A stretch of 20,000 nucleotides of DNA from an uncultured virus (IMG/VR IMGVR_UViG_3300021399_000142) (Duplodnaviria; Heunggongvirae; Uroviricota; Caudoviricetes): the IMG/VR virus record IMGVR_UViG_3300021399_000142. One strand, written 5' to 3'. Below, piece by piece: positions 17,015 through 20,000 of this stretch (the first letter of the stretch is position 1; the number at the start of each line of letters is the position of its first letter). The translations under genes were made by a program, and so were the position numbers. Under the pieces are notes generated by a model. It saw nothing but the letters and a program-made list of their open reading frames with translations. It made no database searches and was not told the origin of the DNA.

Positions 17015-18181
17015 TTATTTTCTTCTAGCTTTTGCTGCCTTATTTCGACATTCTTTACAAATACTGTAAAATTTATCTCGACTTGTATTATTTTTAGAAA
17101 AGAATTTATTATGAGCTAATTTAATTTGTCCACAGCGGGAACACTTTTTCCAATTTCCAAGTTCTTTAAATGTGTAATACCATTCAAGATAATCGATTTC
17201 CGCCTGTTCAGAAATTAATTTTGGAATTTTATTTCTCCATAAAGAAGAAATATATTCAACGCTATGTTTAATGCCGAATTCTTCTTCTAGTAACTTTTGT
17301 ATTTCAAGATTAGTTCGTTCATCAATTTTGTATAAAACTAATTTATAATACATTGGGTATTTATATTTTAAGGCTCTTTCTATGAGATCCTCAAAATCTA
17401 CAAGCATCCACTTCATATCTGAACCAAGTTTATTCCAGGTTTCTAATTTTAATCCAGTATAATTACACAAAAGAGCAACTATGTGGGCTGGGTTGTAGAA
17501 ATTAATCAAACCGGTAGAATGAACATTGCCTTCTTCGTCGATAAATCTCTCTTCACCCAAATCAAGTTTTGCTAATGTTCTTGTCAAATTCTTTGAATAC
17601 ATAGGTTGTTTAAATGCGTTTTTAATAACATATTGATCTTGACGCATTTCAATAACTTGTTTTTTTAAAAGAAACTTTTTCTTCCCTGTGGCGGTTTTCG
17701 CTTCCGCCTCAGTCGCCTCAATTGATTCTCTTAATTCTTTTAGTCCAGGAATAGTTTCTAAGTCCTCTTGGGTAATTTCTTTTTTAGGATCAAGAAGAAC
17801 ATTTTTATCATTTGTTATCATATTATATATGCCATCTTCACCATTTTCAAGTTTACCTACTAAACCTTCATAAGAGGTCTCCCGCTTGTTTACTGTCACT
17901 AATCTATTTTCTGTCAATATTTTCTTTTTCTTTCGTTCTTCTTTATCTGCTGCATAAACTATATAATCCGCAAGTTTTTCTAAATAGTTTGGGGTTAATC
18001 TTTCTGAAGGAGTTTTTGCTATGATTTCATTGACTTTTGCGACTCTTTTCTCAGGCGTTTCCAATGTCCAATCCATTTTTATATAACCAGGATCATCTTC
18101 AGTAGTAGCTCCTTCCGCTACCTCTTCAAACAAATCGTCTTCCGTCTGCGGAAAGGAGTCATTATTTAAATATTTTTCCAT
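17015..18181 (-). CDS. Putative DNA-binding regulator with an HTH-like segment and C-terminal Zn ribbon
   Basis: Start moved to ATG 18181, 9 nt after AAGGAG. TNLEIQKLLEEEFGIKHSVEYISSLW is HTH-like; CSRC...CKEC lies at the C-terminus. First gene after the promoter at 18254-18282. Confidence 0.65.
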   Translation of the reverse strand: MEKYLNNDSFPQTEDDLFEEVAEGATTEDDPGYIKMDWTLETPEKRVAKVNEIIAKTPSERLTPNYLEKLADYIVYAADKEERKKKKILTENRLVTVNKRETSYEGLVGKLENGEDGIYNMITNDKNVLLDPKKEITQEDLETIPGLKELRESIEATEAEAKTATGKKKFLLKKQVIEMRQDQYVIKNAFKQPMYSKNLTRTLAKLDLGEERFIDEEGNVHSTGLINFYNPAHIVALLCNYTGLKLETWNKLGSDMKWMLVDFEDLIERALKYKYPMYYKLVLYKIDERTNLEIQKLLEEEFGIKHSVEYISSLWRNKIPKLISEQAEIDYLEWYYTFKELGNWKKCSRCGQIKLAHNKFFSKNNTSRDKFYSICKECRNKAAKARRK

Positions 18182-18253
18182 ATTCAAATTCTCCTTTATT
18201 TATATTTATATTTTAAGATACAAAAATACTTCTTGCATCCCTCCTATATTTAT

Positions 18254-18282
18254 AGTATACCAAAAATTTTTTCTCTTGTCAA
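18254..18282 (-). promoter_or_regulatory. SigA-type promoter heading the packaging operon
   Basis: Minus strand TTGACA (18282-18277), 17 nt, TATACT (18259-18254). Confidence 0.85.
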
Positions 18283-18323
18283 GGGCAGAGTTGATTTTTA
18301 ACGAAAGTTGACCACACTTTATT

Positions 18324-18352
18324 TTGACATTTATAAAAATTTTATATATAAT
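18324..18352 (+). promoter_or_regulatory. SigA-type promoter, divergent, with no convincing downstream CDS
   Basis: TTGACA (18324-18329), 17 nt, TATAAT (18347-18352). Confidence 0.75.
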
Positions 18353-18407
18353 TAATATATAATAAAAAACAAAAGGAGAAATGGCGGGAGGGGTGAGAGT
18401 TTATCTT

Positions 18408-18485
18408 TCGTTTTTTAAATTCAAAAATAATTTGGAGAGTTTTTTCTCGTTTTTTGAATTCAAAAAATAATTTGGAGAGTTTTTT
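18408..18485 (+). repeat. Tandem direct repeat, 2 copies of about 39 bp
   Basis: TCGTTTTTT(A/G)AATTCAAAAA(A)TAATTTGGAGAGTTTTTT at 18408-18445 and 18447-18485. Confidence 0.9.
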
Positions 18486-18587
18486 GAGCAGCCAAAGCCT
18501 TTTTACAAAATCAAATCGAAAAAATCCTGAAATAGGTGCCCCCTATACACATGTTGTGAATACTCTGTAGAGCAACTGATTTTTCAT

Positions 18588-18620
18588 CGGCGCGCTGGCA
18601 GACGTAGCGCGCCGTATTTT
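18588..18620 (+). terminator. GC-rich hairpin, possible terminator
   Basis: 9-bp stem CGGCGCGCT/AGCGCGCCG (18588-18614) followed by TATTTT. Confidence 0.55.
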
Positions 18621-18680
18621 ACTTAGCAAAAGAGCTTGCAACTTTTCTTGTTTAAGAAAGTGCCATCCTATCATAATACT

Positions 18681-18709
18681 ATTATCCCACAACTGGCACG
18701 ATTTGTCAA
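18681..18709 (-). promoter_or_regulatory. Possible leftward SigA-type promoter
   Basis: Minus strand TTGACA (18709-18704), 17 nt ending TGG, then GATAAT (18686-18681). Confidence 0.5.
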
Positions 18710-18792
18710 TAGACAAATTGCACAAAAATTTTTTCTATTTTTTGTACACTTTTATCATTGATAAAATTTGTCAATAGGTAAATTGTACAAAA
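18701..18792. repeat. Two 27-bp direct repeats with internal dyad symmetry
   Basis: ATTTGTCAATAGACAAATTGCACAAAA (18701-18727) and ATTTGTCAATAGGTAAATTGTACAAAA (18766-18792), 24/27 identical. Confidence 0.8.
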
Positions 18793-18845
18793 TTTAATAC
18801 ACAATCTTTGTGCAAAATGCACAATGGGAAAATAGTAAAAAAGAG

Positions 18846-18874
18846 TTGACAAAAAGCGGAAACCGCTGTATAAT
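18846..18874 (+). promoter_or_regulatory. Consensus SigA promoter (early-type)
   Basis: TTGACA, 17 nt, TATAAT; the spacer contains the dyad AGCGG-AAA-CCGCT. Confidence 0.9.
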
Positions 18875-18902
18875 AAGTATTAGAAAGAGAGGTAATAAAA
18901 CT

Positions 18903-19262
18903 ATGAATGAACAATATCAAATTACATGGGGTAGTAAGAATAATGAAACTATGAATAAGCAATATCAAATTACATTAATGAGTGAGAGCAATAAATACAG
19001 ACCTGTTTCTACTATTGTTACTTGTGAAGAAATAGATTTAACAAATAAAGAAGCTAAAAAGAATTTAATTATTGAAGGTACTAAGAAGATATGCATCAAG
19101 CGCTATTGGGGTAAACGTGAGCTTAAACTCTATGGATACACAAAGGCAAAAGTTAGAGAATATGATAAGGAAAAGATAGAACAAGAGAACAAAGAAAGAT
19201 ACGAAAGAATAAAAGAACAGCATTATCAAGATGGAAGTTGGAAAAGACCAAAAAATAAATAA
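18903..19262 (+). CDS. Small basic hypothetical protein, 119 aa
   Basis: Start moved from 18810 (upstream of the promoter) to ATG 18903, which follows GAGAGGT. An alternative in-frame ATG lies at 18951. Confidence 0.8.
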   Translation: MNEQYQITWGSKNNETMNKQYQITLMSESNKYRPVSTIVTCEEIDLTNKEAKKNLIIEGTKKICIKRYWGKRELKLYGYTKAKVREYDKEKIEQENKERYERIKEQHYQDGSWKRPKNK

Positions 19263-19280
19263 AAAAGTTCGCCAAAAGGG

Positions 19281-19309
19281 TTGACAATAAATAACCATTT
19301 TGATATAAT
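19281..19309 (+). promoter_or_regulatory. Consensus SigA promoter (early-type)
   Basis: TTGACA, 17 nt ending TGA, TATAAT. Confidence 0.9.
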
Positions 19310-19358
19310 AAGTATGTAGTTAAGACAAGACAAGAATAAAGAAAAGAGGTATTTAAAA

Positions 19359-19544
19359 ATGATTATTAATAATAAACCAGATTATGCAGATGATTATGAA
19401 TTTATAGTAGCAAGGAAGTGTGATGATGGAGAATATTGGTTTTGGGGTGCTTATAGTGATGGTTCTAGAGCAGAACAAGCAGCATCTGAACTTAATAATA
19501 GTATAATTATTCACAATGTGAGAATTCAAGGAAAAAGAAAATAA
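19359..19544 (+). CDS. Small hypothetical protein, 61 aa
   Basis: Own promoter and RBS AAAGAGGT; contains the motif EYWFWGAY. Confidence 0.8.
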   Translation: MIINNKPDYADDYEFIVARKCDDGEYWFWGAYSDGSRAEQAASELNNSIIIHNVRIQGKRK

Positions 19545-19562
19545 AAAAGTTGTCAAAAGGGG

Positions 19563-19591
19563 TTGACAAAAAGAACCCCTTTTGATATAAT
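19563..19591 (+). promoter_or_regulatory. Consensus SigA promoter embedded in an inverted repeat
   Basis: TTGACA, 17 nt, TATAAT, overlapped by the 12-bp inverted repeat TCAAAAGGGGTT (19553-19564)/AACCCCTTTTGA (19574-19585). Confidence 0.9.
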
Positions 19592-19641
19592 AAGTTTGTA
19601 ATCAAGATAAAACAAATTAAAGAAAAAGAGGTATTTAAATT

Positions 19642-19830
19642 ATGGTAGAATTAACTTATTACATTGAGAACACATTAGCATTAGAACTTGCACTTGAAAA
19701 TATATCTGATAGAATTCCATGTTTTGTAACAAGAGAATATATCGAGATGAATTATTCAAAAATCACTATTCAGGCAAGAATAGAAGATTTCAATTCTATT
19801 GATGAAGTATTTTCTTTATTAGGTTGTTAG
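19642..19830 (+). CDS. Small acidic hypothetical protein, 62 aa
   Basis: Own promoter and RBS AAAGAGGT. Confidence 0.8.
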   Translation: MVELTYYIENTLALELALENISDRIPCFVTREYIEMNYSKITIQARIEDFNSIDEVFSLLGC

Positions 19831-19839
19831 TTGTTAAAA

Positions 19840-19861
19840 GTGGGCGATAAAAATCGCCCAC
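19840..19861. terminator. Terminator-like hairpin
   Basis: GTGGGCGAT-AAAA-ATCGCCCAC just after the 19830 stop. The U-tract is only on the minus strand, so polarity is uncertain. Confidence 0.6.
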
Positions 19862-19877
19862 AAAAAATAAAAAGCAC

Positions 19878-19906
19878 TTGACATAATAAACAAAAGGCAT
19901 TATAAT
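19878..19906 (+). promoter_or_regulatory. Consensus SigA promoter (early-type)
   Basis: TTGACA (19878-19883), 17 nt, TATAAT (19901-19906). Confidence 0.9.
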
Positions 19907-19944
19907 TAATATATAATCAAGATGAAGAAAAGAGGTATTTAAAA

Positions 19945-20000
19945 ATGAAAGAGAAAGATCGCATTATGGTTGTTGGTATTATTCTTATTATTATTTATTT
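19945..20000 (+). CDS. Partial CDS, probably a small membrane protein
   Basis: ATG 19945 follows AAAGAGGT; the hydrophobic start MKEKDRIMVVGIILIIIY runs off the window. Confidence 0.65.
   Translation, partial: MKEKDRIMVVGIILIIIY

Noticed and set aside
255..18024. Short opposite-strand or nested track ORFs (for example 255..476, 2122..2460, 5525..5749, 6974..7252, 7666..7866, 7969..8211, 10098..10640, 13217..13477, 14234..14590, 15779..15985, 17688..18024)
   Set aside because: They are shadows of well-supported genes, with no convincing RBS or recognisable motifs.
18408..18485. CRISPR mini-array
   Set aside because: The two copies are directly adjacent with no spacer, and no cas genes are present in the window.
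18543..19556. Minus-strand ORFs 18543..18725, 18771..18968, 19065..19298 and 19353..19556
   Set aside because: They lack a clear RBS and overlap regulatory repeats or the better-supported plus-strand cassettes.
1..20000. Genome-wide TAG reassignment (genetic code 15) as the explanation for the amber codon at 12806
   Set aside because: All other long genes, including late structural genes, are open under the standard code, and TAG acts as a normal stop at 6037, 8723 and 19828.

Overview
This window is part of a large, AT-rich tailed phage that probably infects a Firmicute: it has SigA-type promoters, GGAGG ribosome-binding sites and an SPbeta/c-st-like gene order. Bases 1-18200 form a minus-strand morphogenesis module: putative regulator, putative small terminase, large terminase, small nuclease, portal, protease/scaffold, decoration protein, major capsid, head-tail genes, major tail protein and tail genes. 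A repeat-rich non-coding divergence point (about 18190-18900) is followed by plus-strand cassettes, each a strong promoter plus one small ORF. The ORF track misses or splits three genes. (1) The large terminase is split in its Walker A motif by an 863-nt group I intron carrying an HNH endonuclease (14644-15506). (2) The major tail gene is split after only 14 nt by a 243-nt ORF-less group I intron (2620-2862), directly downstream of a free-standing LAGLIDADG gene, which suggests collaborative homing. (3) An otherwise intact PD-(D/E)XK nuclease gene (12557-12922) has a single in-frame amber codon in the context CUU-UAG-CAG-CUA, behind a highly structured leader. This is a candidate for programmed stop-hopping (translational bypass), though readthrough, a recent pseudogene or a sequence error are not excluded. 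All product calls come from motifs and synteny read by eye; no database search was run.
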